DNA of 64,000 bases, taken from contig CAVQND010000015.1 in assembly GCA_963713735.1 (NCBI GenBank), forward strand, positions 8,095 to 72,094, given 5' to 3'. The notes beneath the pieces were generated by a model, which was not told where the DNA came from, did not search any database, and was given only the letters and a program-made list of their open reading frames with translations. Origin of the DNA: an uncultured bacterium (GTDB taxonomy: Bacteria > Verrucomicrobiota > Verrucomicrobiia > Limisphaerales > UBA8199). Shown one piece after another: positions 19,563-29,995 of the stretch. A program made the translations under genes and the position numbers. Every line of letters begins with the position of its first letter. Within the stretch, counting starts at the first letter, position 1.

Positions 19563-20739
19563 GGCGGGCCATTGACTTGGCTCGCGCCGCCCAACGAGCC
19601 ACCAGGAACGCGACGCCCGTGCCCAGCAACCCCGCCACCGCGGCCAGCACCACGCTGCCCAGCGCCCACTGGCAAAGATAGGAGGGAATCTGCCGGACCG
19701 CGGCGGCCGGAGAGAGGTCCACCCAGCGGCCAGTCCAAAGGAAGTGCCCCACGATCAGCCCGGCCGCCAAAACAATCGGTGCGACCGGCGCGAAGGAAAT
19801 ATTGCTCGCGATCATCGCGATGGCCTTGTTCAACCGGCACTTGTGGGCCAGGATGGCCGCCGCCGCCATTTGAAACCCCCAGATCGGCGCCAGGCCGCAG
19901 AACAATCCCAATCCCACCGCCACCGCCAGACGGCCAGGCGTCTGCGTGTTCTCCGAAAACAGGAGGCGCAACACTGTGCGATTGCGCCGGCCGCGCGGCA
20001 GGTCGCGCAGCAAACCTTGCGTTGCCAGCCGCCGCAAAACGGCGGGCACGAAAAAGGCCTGTATCGAGAGCCTGGAATGGAGCCAGGAAACTGCCGCCAT
20101 GTCCCGCCACGGCCGAAAGTGCGACAGCCTCGAGGTGGGGGCGGCGTAATCCGTCTCGACCGGTTGCGCCACTAGGGGCACGCCCGCCCACGCCGCCTTG
20201 ACCAGGAGTTCCAGTTCGTAGGCGTAGCGGCCCGAGGTTGCGCGCAGCGGCCGGAGCGCCGCCAGCGGATAACAGCGATAGCCGCACTGCGTGTCGGCCA
20301 GGGGCAAGCCGGTTTCAAACTTGAACCAGAAGGTCGAGAGTTGGTTGCTCGCCCGCCTGGCCAAGGGCGCACGGGCCGTGCGGAGGTCGCGCACGCCGAT
20401 GATGAGGGCCTCCGGCTGCCGCCGGCAGGCCGCCGTGAAATCGGCCAGCGCGCCGGTCGGGTGTTGTCCGTCCGCGTCGAGGGTAATGGCATGGGTAAAC
20501 CCCTGTTGCTGCGCCTGGGCGAAGCCGGCCCGCAGGGCCGCCGCCTTGCCCTGATTGCAGGGCAGCGTCACGACGGTGATGCCGCCTTCCCCTGCAAGCG
20601 CCGCGGCGGTCGCATCGGTCGAGCCATCATTGACCACGATGACCGGCAAGGCCGCCTTGGCCGCGCGCGCCACGCCTTGCACGGTGAGTCCGTGGTTATA
20701 GACCGGGATAACAACACAGATGCGGGGCCAACCACTCAT
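19555..20739 (-). CDS. Family-2 glycosyltransferase fused to a DUF2062 membrane domain
   Basis: CVVIPVYNH..., VVNDGSTD, LDADGQH GT2 motifs and a hydrophobic C-terminal half. ATGA overlap with the upstream gene and an 8-nt overlap with the downstream gene. Confidence 0.8.
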   Translation of the reverse strand: MSGWPRICVVIPVYNHGLTVQGVARAAKAALPVIVVNDGSTDATAAALAGEGGITVVTLPCNQGKAAALRAGFAQAQQQGFTHAITLDADGQHPTGALADFTAACRRQPEALIIGVRDLRTARAPLARRASNQLSTFWFKFETGLPLADTQCGYRCYPLAALRPLRATSGRYAYELELLVKAAWAGVPLVAQPVETDYAAPTSRLSHFRPWRDMAAVSWLHSRLSIQAFFVPAVLRRLATQGLLRDLPRGRRNRTVLRLLFSENTQTPGRLAVAVGLGLFCGLAPIWGFQMAAAAILAHKCRLNKAIAMIASNISFAPVAPIVLAAGLIVGHFLWTGRWVDLSPAAAVRQIPSYLCQWALGSVVLAAVAGLLGTGVAFLVARWAARAKSMARHE

Positions 20740-22046
20740 GCCGGAAGAGCGGTGGGCGGCCGGAGGTCGACGAAATAGCGGCGTTTGCGCGCGCCCTCGG
20801 GCATCTGCAGGGCCTCGATCTCGGCTGGGGCGGCGAGGGTGATTTCAGGAACCGCTTTGACGGCGCCCTGGAAACGCTCGCGCAAAGCGCGCCGCGCCCC
20901 GTTCCCGTCCCCGCTGGCGGCAAAACGCACCTCGACTGCGTCTGCGCCGCTGGCGGTGCGGCGGGCCATAATCACGTAGGCCGATATCTCAGGAAACGAG
21001 TCGAGCACCGCTTTCAGAGAGGCCGGAAAGACCGTTGTGCCCTTGAGCTTGAGTTTCTGGCTGGCCCGGCCCACAATCGGACCGAGGCGCAAGGTGGAGC
21101 GCCCGCACGAGCACAGCTCTCGGTAAAGGGCGGCGAAGTCGCCCGTGCGGTAGCGAATCAGCGGCATGGCCTCCACGCCGAAAGTCGTGGCGGTGAGTTC
21201 GCCCACCCGCCCGTCCGGCACGGGACAGCCGGCTTCATCGAGGGCCTCGACGTAGAGCAACTCCGGGTGGAGATGCCCGCCGCGACCGGCCTCACATTCG
21301 CAAAGCGAAGCGGCCAATTCCGTGTTGCCGTACGTCGAGTACACTCGGGCTTGCCACTGCTGCTCAAGAAGTTGGCCCGCGCGGTTGAGCGAAAAGTCCG
21401 GGTTCCGGATCGGCTCGCCGATGCAAACCAGCTTCCGTACGCCCAGCCTGGCAGGGTCCAGTCCGGCTTCCCCGGCTTTCCCGGCCAGCAGCAACAGAGA
21501 AGAGGGGACCCCGACGATGGCAGTGACCCGGGCAAGTTGCAGCATCTCCAGGCTCAGCAGCGGCGTGGCGGGGCCGGCCCGCACGATGGCGCAGCCCAGG
21601 CGCCGCAGCCCCATGAAATACGCCATCCCGGCAATGAAACAGCGATCCAGCGTGACGGCGAGCAACACGGTGTCAGACGCGGTCAACCCGGCGCAGCGGA
21701 AGGAGTGATGCTCGTTGAGCGCCAGCCGTTGCAGGTCGGCCTCGGTCAGCAGGCACACCAGCGGCTTTCCCGTCGAGCCGCTGGTGCTGACGATGTCCAC
21801 CACCCGCTCGGGCGGGACGCACAAGAAGGCCCCGGGATTTCCGGACAGGACCGACTTGTCAATCGTGGGGACCTGGACGATTTCCTTCAGTGGCATGGGG
21901 GTCTGCGCGGCGCCGCCCACCCGGCGCAGGTGCTCGCGGTAGAAGGGGGAACGCGCCCGGGCGTGTTGCCATGCTCTGGCCCAGGCCTTCTCCTGGAGGG
22001 CCGCTATCCCTTCGCCTGTCAACCGCTCTTCCTGCGTCATTTTCAT
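20736..22046 (-). CDS. Phenylacetate-CoA-ligase-like (PaaK / F390-synthetase family) adenylating enzyme
   Basis: STSGSTGKP P-loop-like motif, YGNTE and RYRTGD motifs. The start is taken at MKMTQEE (22046), giving the typical ~436 aa. The upstream part of ORF 20736-22550 runs through repeats. Confidence 0.75.
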   Translation of the reverse strand: MKMTQEERLTGEGIAALQEKAWARAWQHARARSPFYREHLRRVGGAAQTPMPLKEIVQVPTIDKSVLSGNPGAFLCVPPERVVDIVSTSGSTGKPLVCLLTEADLQRLALNEHHSFRCAGLTASDTVLLAVTLDRCFIAGMAYFMGLRRLGCAIVRAGPATPLLSLEMLQLARVTAIVGVPSSLLLLAGKAGEAGLDPARLGVRKLVCIGEPIRNPDFSLNRAGQLLEQQWQARVYSTYGNTELAASLCECEAGRGGHLHPELLYVEALDEAGCPVPDGRVGELTATTFGVEAMPLIRYRTGDFAALYRELCSCGRSTLRLGPIVGRASQKLKLKGTTVFPASLKAVLDSFPEISAYVIMARRTASGADAVEVRFAASGDGNGARRALRERFQGAVKAVPEITLAAPAEIEALQMPEGARKRRYFVDLRPPTALPA

Positions 22047-22176
22047 GTCTCCAAACCAGTGGAGCACCGGCGGCAGGCCAAGGCCTGTCTGTCGCCCGCC
22101 CACATAGGTGGACCAGCGCTCATAAGCGATAAACCTCACGACTGAGTCAATAAAAAACCGGGGCCAGAGAAGAGCG

Positions 22177-22297
22177 CAGGGCTGATTCAACATTCTGTAG
22201 GAGCCGACGTAAGGAGGCTCTGATCGGGGTTCAAAATAGATACTGAGCCTCCTCACGTCGGCTCCTGCAGTCCCGGGGCGATCTTGAATCAGCCCTG
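22177..22297. repeat. 121-bp palindromic REP/MITE-like element (tgtaggagccgacgtaaggaggctc family)
   Basis: Outer 14-bp perfect IR cagggctgattcaa / ttgaatcagccctg and inner arms ctgtaggagccgacgtaaggaggctc / gagcctcctcacgtcggctcctgcag. Confidence 0.8.
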
Positions 22298-22350
22298 AGC
22301 AGAGGGCAGGGGCTCGAGGGCAGGTCATGCAAGAGTCCGGCGCCGCTAAC

Positions 22351-22547
22351 GCGGATATTCCACAGCCTAAGCGCGGTACTGGGCTGCCGAAGCTGCGTAG
22401 CGCAGATTTCCAACCTGCTGTATCGCCGACTTCAAGTCGGCAGGCTGTACCTGGTTGGGAGCATGTGCGGATTGGAAATCCGCGATACGGCAGGCTGGAA
22501 GCCTGCGCTACGCCTTCCAGTTTGCGAAACCCGTGAAATATCCGGGC
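22351..22547. repeat. ~200-bp TIR-bounded MITE, copy 1 (inverted relative to the copy at 30826-31024)
   Basis: High similarity to the reverse complement of 30826-31024. Internal sub-repeats include gcaggctggaagcctgcgctac. The terminal motif gcccggatatttcac is intact at the right end and degenerate at the left. Confidence 0.8.
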
Positions 22548-22678
22548 CAAGACTTGCTTCCTGCCAGGGGCGACATTACTCTGCCAACGTGAAGGTGTTG
22601 GAACCAGTGCTGCACCGCCAAGCCCAAGCCGTGGCCACCGCCGGCGGTGTCGCCCCCCGGACGAAACGGTCTCGCTCC

Positions 22679-23545
22679 ATGATTCGCTGGTGGTGGGTGC
22701 TGCTTCTGCCGTGGCTGACGACGTCCTGCGTCTCGATCATGACCAACTATCGCGGTCACAAGGTTTTCAACCCGCTCTACCTGTTCTATCTCGAATCGCC
22801 CAAGCGCGACCAGTGGCAGATGCCGGAGCAGGTGTTGGATGCGCTGCATTTGTCCGAGGGCAGTGTGGTCGCTGACATTGGCGCCGGCGGAGGTTACTTC
22901 ACCGAGAAACTCTCCCGCCGCGTCGGGGTCGGCGGGCACATTTATGCCACGGACGTTCAAGCGGTGATGATCCGCAAGCTCGAGAAGCGGGTGCGGACGC
23001 GCGGCCTGGCAAACGTCAGCGTGATCCGTGGCGAATTCCACGACCCCAAGCTGCCCGCCGGCAAGTGTGACTGGCTGTTTTTGTCGAGTGTTTACAAGGA
23101 GATCGACCAACGCGTTGCCTACATGAAAACGGCCCGCCAGGCCCTCAAGCGCCGCGGCCGCGTCGCCATCATCGAATACCGGATGGACACCAAGGAGCCG
23201 GGTCCTCCGCGGAAATACCGGCTGCCGGAACCGCAGGTGAAGGCCGAGATGGAAGCCGCTGGCTTCCGGTTGGTCGAACGGTTCGATTTCCTGCCCCGGG
23301 AATACTTCCTGGTTTTTGAGCGGTCGGACAGCGAGTCGCGGCCGGGCGCATCCGGACACTGCCCGCGGAGCGCCGGCTTGGCAGCAGCAACAAGGATAGA
23401 AGTGCTTTCTTCGAGTAACTTGATAACCTTCCTCCCCGAATATGTTCGTCGCGATGAAGACAACCGGACCAAGCGCTCAGCGCTGGCTGACCCTGCCTGC
23501 AGCACTGCTGGTGTTGCTCGTTCCGGCACTGGGCGGCACGGATGA
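22679..23545 (+). CDS. Class I SAM-dependent methyltransferase with N-terminal signal/anchor
   Basis: MIRWWWVLLLPWLTTSC..., motif I VADIGAGGGYF. The last ~70 aa look non-homologous and overlap the next gene, so the native stop may be lost. Confidence 0.65.
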   Translation: MIRWWWVLLLPWLTTSCVSIMTNYRGHKVFNPLYLFYLESPKRDQWQMPEQVLDALHLSEGSVVADIGAGGGYFTEKLSRRVGVGGHIYATDVQAVMIRKLEKRVRTRGLANVSVIRGEFHDPKLPAGKCDWLFLSSVYKEIDQRVAYMKTARQALKRRGRVAIIEYRMDTKEPGPPRKYRLPEPQVKAEMEAAGFRLVERFDFLPREYFLVFERSDSESRPGASGHCPRSAGLAAATRIEVLSSSNLITFLPEYVRRDEDNRTKRSALADPACSTAGVARSGTGRHG

Positions 23546-25857
23546 CAGCCTTGGCACACGGCAGCTTCCTCTAAATGAAAGGACGGACCGCGTCGCGCAA
23601 TCACGAGCGGGAACCGACTTCTTCACACCGCCAACAGGGGCCTGTTCGCTGGCGTCCGCAGTCAACCTCATTCGCGACGGCACACATGCCGCAGCCATCG
23701 TGGATGCCCGCCTGTACGAGTTGATTGCCCCCACCCTGGAGGATTACCTGAAGGCTGCCGCCCGGCGGCGGCGATTTGGCATCGCGTTGCTTCCGATCCT
23801 GGCCCTGGACGACCAGCGCCCCGAGCAAGTGCGCGCCGCGCTGCAAAGTTGGCACGCTGCCAAGCCGGAATTGGAGGGGGTCCTCTTCATCGGCAATATC
23901 AAGCTGCCGTCGTTCTTCCTGCCGCGGGCGGACGTCCACTCGGTCCGCCTGTGGCCGCGGTATTTCGAGGACTTGGATATGACCGTTACTCAGCGAGTGG
24001 CGCCCGGGACGAGCCTGAGAGGCCAGGATGCTCCGGCCGGGAGTTGGCCCAAAATCGTCGGCGTGGACACGCTGACGGTCCCACCCCACGATTTCGACGA
24101 CCTGGCCGAAGGCCCCGGCCTTGGGCCGGAGCTTTGGGCGGCGTTCCTGCCCGTCGGCTTCGAAGATTCGGGGAAGAACAACTACGCGGGATGGGCAGGC
24201 CAACTGGAGCAGCTTCTTCAAGAAGGCGACCGCCTTCCACAAGGGCGAGGTGGCCTACGGGCGCGGGCTCTACCTGGTGTCCAACGACCTGGGGCTGCTG
24301 GAGCGCGCCAAGCCGGCTTGGGATGCGGTTGGGGCGGCGCAGATCGAGTTTTACTCCGTCAACGAGAAAGGCCCCGGCGCTTTCAAGAACAACCCGGCCG
24401 GTTACCAGCGGGTGAACCTGCAGAAATACGGGTCCTTGGAAGGCTTTCTGGCATACGCGCGGACTCTGCCCTGGATGGATGAGGGCTGGCAGTCGGCCGA
24501 GATCTTCCTCCGGCACATGGCCGAATCCCGCCGCAGCGTGGTGTGGTGGAACGTGCATTCCAACCCCGAGCTGTCGCTGGTGTCCTGGGAACAGGCGCGA
24601 GACCTGCGCAACGGGGGGCTGATCGCGCTCCTGAATGGCTGCTCGGTGGGCGGCTTTGCCCAACCGGGAGCCAACACCAAGCTGGACACGAAGGTGACGC
24701 CTGAGCGGAATGTGCTGGTGAACCTGGTCTATGGGCAATCCGGGTTTGTGGCGGCGATGGGTTCGGCGCATGACCGCGTCACCGAGGAGCGGGCCACGCC
24801 GCTGCTGCGGCACCTCTATTCCGGGGGCTATCTGGGCCAGGCTCATTTTCTACGCCTCCAGCAACAGGACCGTGACGTTCAAGGCAACCCGTCCCTGGTG
24901 CGCGAGTTTCAGGAAATGCTGATCGGCGACCCGTTTGCTGACGCCCAATCCATGCACGCTGCCAAGGCAAGAGGTCCGGTCAAAGTCTTCATTCTGGCAG
25001 GTCAGTCCAACATGGAAGGCCAGGGGGTGGCCGACCTCAAAGGCAAAGACTATAACGAGGGTAAGGGCACGCTCGAAATGCTGATGAGCGATCCCGCCAA
25101 AAGGCAGCTATTCAAGCACCTAAAGGACGATAAAGGCCAATGGACGGTGCGGGAGGACGTGTGGGTTCGGTATAAACCGGAGGATGGACCCTTGAAGGCC
25201 GGGCCTCTGACACTGGGTTTCACTCCTTACGAGGGCAGGCACCATTTTGGCCCCGAGCTGCAGTTTGGATGGGTGATGGGCGATTTCTTCACGAACCAGG
25301 TCTTGCTCATAAAGACCGCTTGGGGCGGCAAGAGTCTTTTCCAGGACTTCCGCCCGCCAAGTTCCGGCGGCAAGGTGGGCCCTTATTACACGAAGATGAT
25401 CGAGGAGGTCCGCGAGGCCCTGGCCAACCTGAAGAGCGATTTTCCCGGGTATGATGGCGGCGGATACGAGTTAGCGGGATTGGTGTGGTACCAGGGCTGG
25501 AACGACGGCTGCGACCCCAGGAATGCGGTCCCGGCGTATCAAACGAATCTGGTGAACCTGATCCGGGATGTGCGCAAGGAACTGAATGCACCCCGGCTGC
25601 CGGTCGTGATCGGAGAACTGACCGGTCCCTGGGTCAAGGCCGAGGGGGCCTGGGCGGCGCTACGCAAGGCCCAGGCTGATGCGGCGGCCTGGCCGGAGTT
25701 CAAGGGTACGGTGCGATTCATCGAAACCCATGATTTTGTGCGGGAGCCGGAGGACTCCCCCTGCCCGGGGCATGGTCATCACGAGTTTGCCAATGCCGAA
25801 ACCTACTTTCTGGTGGGCAACGCTTTGGGTGAGGGCATGAAGCAGTTGCTCGAGTAA
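23442..25857 (+). pseudogene. Fusion protein: clan-CD (C25/gingipain-like) domain + SASA/DUF303-type carbohydrate esterase, one frameshift near 24205-24215
   Basis: ORF 23442-24482 joins ORF 24121-25857 (...AGWAGQL / SSFFKKATAFHKGE...). His/Cys dyad candidates WWNVHSNP and LLNGCSVGGF. Esterase motifs ILAGQSNMEGQG and WYQGWND. Confidence 0.6.
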
Positions 25858-26342
25858 CAACTGGCCGACATCACGCCGATGCTGAAAGGCAGCGCGTGTA
25901 CGACAAACCGGCCCTCCTTGAAGGCCTGCTGAATGTGCCGCTGGCGCTCGGGCACCTGACCGGGCCAGTCCCCGAGCACCTGGGTCGCCGGCCAGCCCGG
26001 GATGGTCCAGACGAATTGCTGCTCGGGCGGCAGGGAACGGTTCTGGTCAACCACTTTGAGGGCGTCATCGATCATCGCGGTGCGGTAACGCTGCACGACA
26101 TTCGAGGCCATCTCGGTGTAGCCGATGTCAAAGTGCGTCTTGAACGCAATGATGACCTGGCGGAGACCGCCGGCGGACGGCTCGGCAGCCAGCCCGCTCA
26201 CCAGGGGCGAAAGCAGCAGCGTGGCCAGACAAGCGGCGGCGCCGGCCATTGAGAACGGAGAAGGAACAAAGGAGGATGCGGGGCGCCACCTGCGCGGCAT
26301 TCCGCCGCTCCCGCCGATCCGCCCGGGGATTACGGTCTTCAT
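25803..26342 (-). pseudogene. GH38-like (alpha-mannosidase-type) N-terminal fragment
   Basis: Signal peptide followed by ...VIIAFKTHFDIGYT...FVWTIPGWP...GRFVVHALPFS. The reading then stops after ~180 aa where the convergent gene ends, so the rest of the enzyme is absent. Confidence 0.5.
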
Positions 26343-26384
26343 GGCCCGAGAGAATCAGCTACCCAGGGAGAAATCAATCCGCAA

Positions 26385-27362
26385 TCATTTGCCGGTTGCG
26401 ACATTGTTCTGTTTGGCATAGGCGCCGATGATTTCGAACAGCGACTTTTCCCACTGGGCCAGCCCAATGCCCCGTTCAGGAGCCATCATGAACCCCAGGT
26501 CGGGCGTTCGATCCGCCCAGTGGTCCTTGGTATCATCCAGCGCGTGCATGAAATCGCGCCCGGCCACCGATTGACCTTTCGGAAAGCGGCTTTTTTGATA
26601 TGCGGCGGCCAGCTCGCCGAAAAGCCGCTCACCCTCGTTCCTCAGCTTTTCAATCGCGTCGTGCGCCGCTGCCAGGTGGCCGAGGGCCGCCGCCGGCCGC
26701 TGTGATTGGGCGGCAGCCTGGGCCGCCTCGCATCTCTGTTCGGCCTCCACCAGGCCCGGTAACAACCGCCAGTGGTGGCCCATGAAGCGTGCCGCCCAGT
26801 CCAGGCAACGCTTCAAGGTTTCCATGCGGTCCTGGTGGTGTTTGGTGTCCCAGTGCAAAAACCGGAGCTGGAGCCTGGGCCAGTCCTCGATGACCCCTTT
26901 GGGCAACAACAGCCGATCGGCGGCATCCCGTTTGATCAGTTGCACGAGGGTTTGCACGCCGTAGAACAGGCCCGGGTCGCCGTTCCCGGTGACTTCGATG
27001 GCGTCGTCGGCAATGGTCAATCGGTAGGCCTGGGTGTCGATTCCCGGCTCAGACCGGGTGGCGACAGTCCCCGGCGAAACCGCCAGCCGGATGACCTTGG
27101 CGCCGGCGCCGTGCGGCAGGTGGAGCGAGTGGAACTCGGCCAGGTCACGCGCCAATGAACGGACGGCAATATGGTTGGCGCCGGCTTTGCGGTCCTCCAA
27201 GGTCCATTGGCCGCCCAGGACGACCTCCCCGGCTTGAAGCTGGACTGTCCGCGGGCTCGGGATGACCGAGCAACCGCGAAGCGACAATGGGGTGGGATTC
27301 TGGGCGCCGGCCAAGCCGGCAAGCCAGAACCACGCGGACACACAAAGGATTGGCACTTTCAT
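26385..27362 (-). pseudogene. GH20-like protein retaining the GH20b N-domain but apparently lacking most of the catalytic barrel
   Basis: ...GLFYGVQTLVQL... N-domain and ...RFLHWDTKHH start of the barrel, then an abrupt transition to a helical C-terminus. Total ~325 aa, short for this family. Confidence 0.45.
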
Positions 27363-27375
27363 GCTAAAGATCGGA

Positions 27376-28794
27376 TCAAACGCCATCGGACGCTCCTTCC
27401 TTCAAGCTGCCGAGCGATTTCGGTTTCAACCGGAAGCCGCGCGTCACTATCGCCAGGTAAATGATACCCACGCCCATCCACACACCCCCGACCAGGATGG
27501 TTCTTTGGTTGAGGTTCCGCCAGACATAACCGCAGACCAGCGCGCCCAGCAGGGGAAAAACCAGGTTGGTCCAAAAACCGGCTCCGCCCCGGCGGCCCAG
27601 CCGGAAATAGTAATGCCGGATGACGCTCAGGTTCACCAGGATGAAGCCCACGAACGCGCCGAAGTTCGTCAGCTCCGTCACGCCTTGAAAATCGAAGACG
27701 GCAGCACCCAACAGCGAGACGGCCCCCATCAGGTAAATGCCGCGTGTTGGGGTCGAATGGCGCGGGTCCAGGTAGCCGAAGATGCGGCGCGAAATCACGC
27801 CGTCGCGTCCCATGCCGAACAGCAGGCGCGAGGCCCCGGCCTGCCCCGTGAGCGCGCTGGCCAATCCCGCCACCACCAGCACCAGCGTGATGAAACCGAA
27901 CATCCACGCCCCGCCGACCATTCGCCCGATGTCCAGGATGATCGTCTCGGCATTGGGAAAGGTCTTGTAGTCCGGCCACACCAGCGCGGCCAGATAGACC
28001 GTGACAAAGCAAATCACCGTTTGCAGAACGCACACCAGCACGGTGGCAAAGGCGATGTCGCGTTCCGGGCGCACCGTGTCCTCAGCCAGGGTGGAAATGG
28101 CGTCAAACCCGAGATAGGAAAGCGTGGCAATTCCGGCGCCCAACATCAGCGGTTGAACCGCGAAAGTCCGGGGTTGGAAGATCGCCGCCTGTGAAAACAG
28201 GCCCGCGAAACCATGCCCCGACACCACCCACCGGGCCGCCAGCCACACGAACAGCACGGCGCAGGCGCTCATGATCGCCATCATCACCTTGTTGGCCTCG
28301 GTGGTGACGCGAATCCCGCGCAGGTTTATGACCGTAATCACGCCAGCGGATAGCACGACCCAGAAGAAATAGGGAATCTTCCAGTGCAGATAAGGAACCG
28401 CCGGTAGAATGCGCTGCATCGTGAGCGCCACATAGATCACGCTCAGCAGCGGGATGAGAAAATAATCGAGGATCATCGCCCAGCCTGCCAAAAAGCCGAG
28501 GTGCTCGTTGAGCGCCTTTTGGGTAAAGGTGTAGGTCGAGCCGGCGGCGGGGAAGGCGGTGGCCATCTTTCCGTAGCTGGCCGCGGTGAAAAGCATCGCC
28601 ACCATCGCCACGAGGTAACTCAAGGCCGCGTGCCCCTGCGAATTCTGCTGCACCAGGCCGAAGACCGGGTAGGGGGCGGTCGGCGTGAGAATCACCAGGC
28701 CGAAGAGGATCAGGTCGCCGCGCGTGAGCACGCGCTTGAAGCGCGGCCCTCCGCCGGGCACATCTTGACCGGGAGTTGGGACGGCATCAGCCAT
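27376..28794 (-). CDS. APC-superfamily amino-acid/polyamine permease (PuuP-like)
   Basis: Intact 472-aa ORF with ~12 hydrophobic segments and N-terminal ...LTRGDLILFGLVILTPTAPYPVFG... typical of APC permeases. Confidence 0.8.
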   Translation of the reverse strand: MADAVPTPGQDVPGGGPRFKRVLTRGDLILFGLVILTPTAPYPVFGLVQQNSQGHAALSYLVAMVAMLFTAASYGKMATAFPAAGSTYTFTQKALNEHLGFLAGWAMILDYFLIPLLSVIYVALTMQRILPAVPYLHWKIPYFFWVVLSAGVITVINLRGIRVTTEANKVMMAIMSACAVLFVWLAARWVVSGHGFAGLFSQAAIFQPRTFAVQPLMLGAGIATLSYLGFDAISTLAEDTVRPERDIAFATVLVCVLQTVICFVTVYLAALVWPDYKTFPNAETIILDIGRMVGGAWMFGFITLVLVVAGLASALTGQAGASRLLFGMGRDGVISRRIFGYLDPRHSTPTRGIYLMGAVSLLGAAVFDFQGVTELTNFGAFVGFILVNLSVIRHYYFRLGRRGGAGFWTNLVFPLLGALVCGYVWRNLNQRTILVGGVWMGVGIIYLAIVTRGFRLKPKSLGSLKEGASDGV

Positions 28795-28911
28795 CGGGCA
28801 GGGCGGCGTTGTTCAAGCCGGGTCGCATTTTCAGTCGGCCAAAGGCATGGGGCGAACGGTATGGTGCATCTGACCTCTGGGCGAGCAGTTTTTTGCAGGG
28901 CCGGTTCCAAC

Positions 28912-28959
28912 GGGATCGGGATAGGGACGCCGGTTGCCCGGCGCCCCTATCCCGATCCC
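28912..28959. repeat. 48-nt near-perfect hairpin in the divergent intergenic region
   Basis: gggatcgggataggg-a-cgccgg-ttgc-ccggcg-c-ccctatcccgatccc. The arms are complementary over 21 bp around a ttgc loop. Confidence 0.7.
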
Positions 28960-29142
28960 GTCACCGCCTCCGTCCTGCGCCGAAACCGACAAGAAACTGG
29001 CAAAATGTGCCCCTTGACGGTCCGGTCCTCCCCTGGTATCAACCGGCCATAATGAGTGAGAGCGAAAGCCAATTCTCCCTCACCCGCGCAGCGTCAAAAC
29101 CGGGGCGCGGCAAAAGACCAAATTCTTATCGGTCGAGAGTTT

Positions 29143-29841
29143 ATGATAAGCGCGCGTGTCATCACGCTTGATTGTTACGGCACGCTGATTGATACGAGGC
29201 CGATTACTGAAATGATCGAGGGCATCGCCGAGGCGCACGGGGTTGATCGGGAGGTTTTTGTTTCCGCGTTTGATGCGGAAGAGGTGCGCCAAATGCAGGC
29301 TGCCGAGTTTAGGCCGCCGGATAAGATTGTAGGTGCTTGCTTCAAGCATTGCGGGGAGACATTTGGAGTCGGATCGTTAGAGCAATACGAGCAGCCGGTT
29401 CTGGAACACTACCGGCAATTGAAGCCGTTTCCAGAGGTGATTGACGTACTGCATCGATTGGGTTCTCAGTTCGACCTCTACATCATGTCCAACTCGCAGT
29501 CGGACGTTATTGATTCGAACGTCCGGGCGCTCAAAACCCGGTTTAAGGGCGTTTTTATCGCCGGAGAGCTTCGGTGCTACAAACCCGACCTCCGCTTTTT
29601 CCGTGCGGTCGCCGGGCGGCTTGAACTCGGGAAGCCTCAGGTCTTTCATGTTCACATCGCGGCAGGATTTTGGTGGGACATCATACCGGCATCCCAACTC
29701 GGTTGGAATCGAATCTGGGTGAATAGGCGGAAGGGCGCCGGTGAGAGCAAATACCGGCCATACTTTGAGACTTCCGATTTGGCTGGGTGTGTCGAACGGG
29801 TCGAGGAGTTGGAGAAACGAATATGGCCTCAAGACCTATAG
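29143..29841 (+). CDS. HAD-superfamily hydrolase, type II haloacid-dehalogenase-like
   Basis: Motif I LDCYGTLID (D-x-Y-G-T), MSNS motif II and a K...D region. Visibly lower GC than neighbours. Confidence 0.7.
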   Translation: MISARVITLDCYGTLIDTRPITEMIEGIAEAHGVDREVFVSAFDAEEVRQMQAAEFRPPDKIVGACFKHCGETFGVGSLEQYEQPVLEHYRQLKPFPEVIDVLHRLGSQFDLYIMSNSQSDVIDSNVRALKTRFKGVFIAGELRCYKPDLRFFRAVAGRLELGKPQVFHVHIAAGFWWDIIPASQLGWNRIWVNRRKGAGESKYRPYFETSDLAGCVERVEELEKRIWPQDL

Positions 29842-29995
29842 CGGTTGTGGGTGATTTCAGTCCAAGCCTGGTTCGTTTTCCTGGGAGTCAGGTCAATTTC
29901 GGCCCTTGGCAAGAGCCCGATGCAGTGGCAGGATTTGCAGCCAACCACTATGGCCGTGAACCCGCTCAAGTCCGCCGCCGGGCCGTGATTGCAGC

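Noticed and set aside
22327-22536. Short ORFs inside the TIR-MITE copies (also 30744-31013, 30837-31214, and the 5' part of 22463-23545)
   Set aside because: They are translations of a dispersed repeat (both orientations give open frames) and contain the characteristic repeat-derived peptides (...RYGRLEACAT...). They are not genes.
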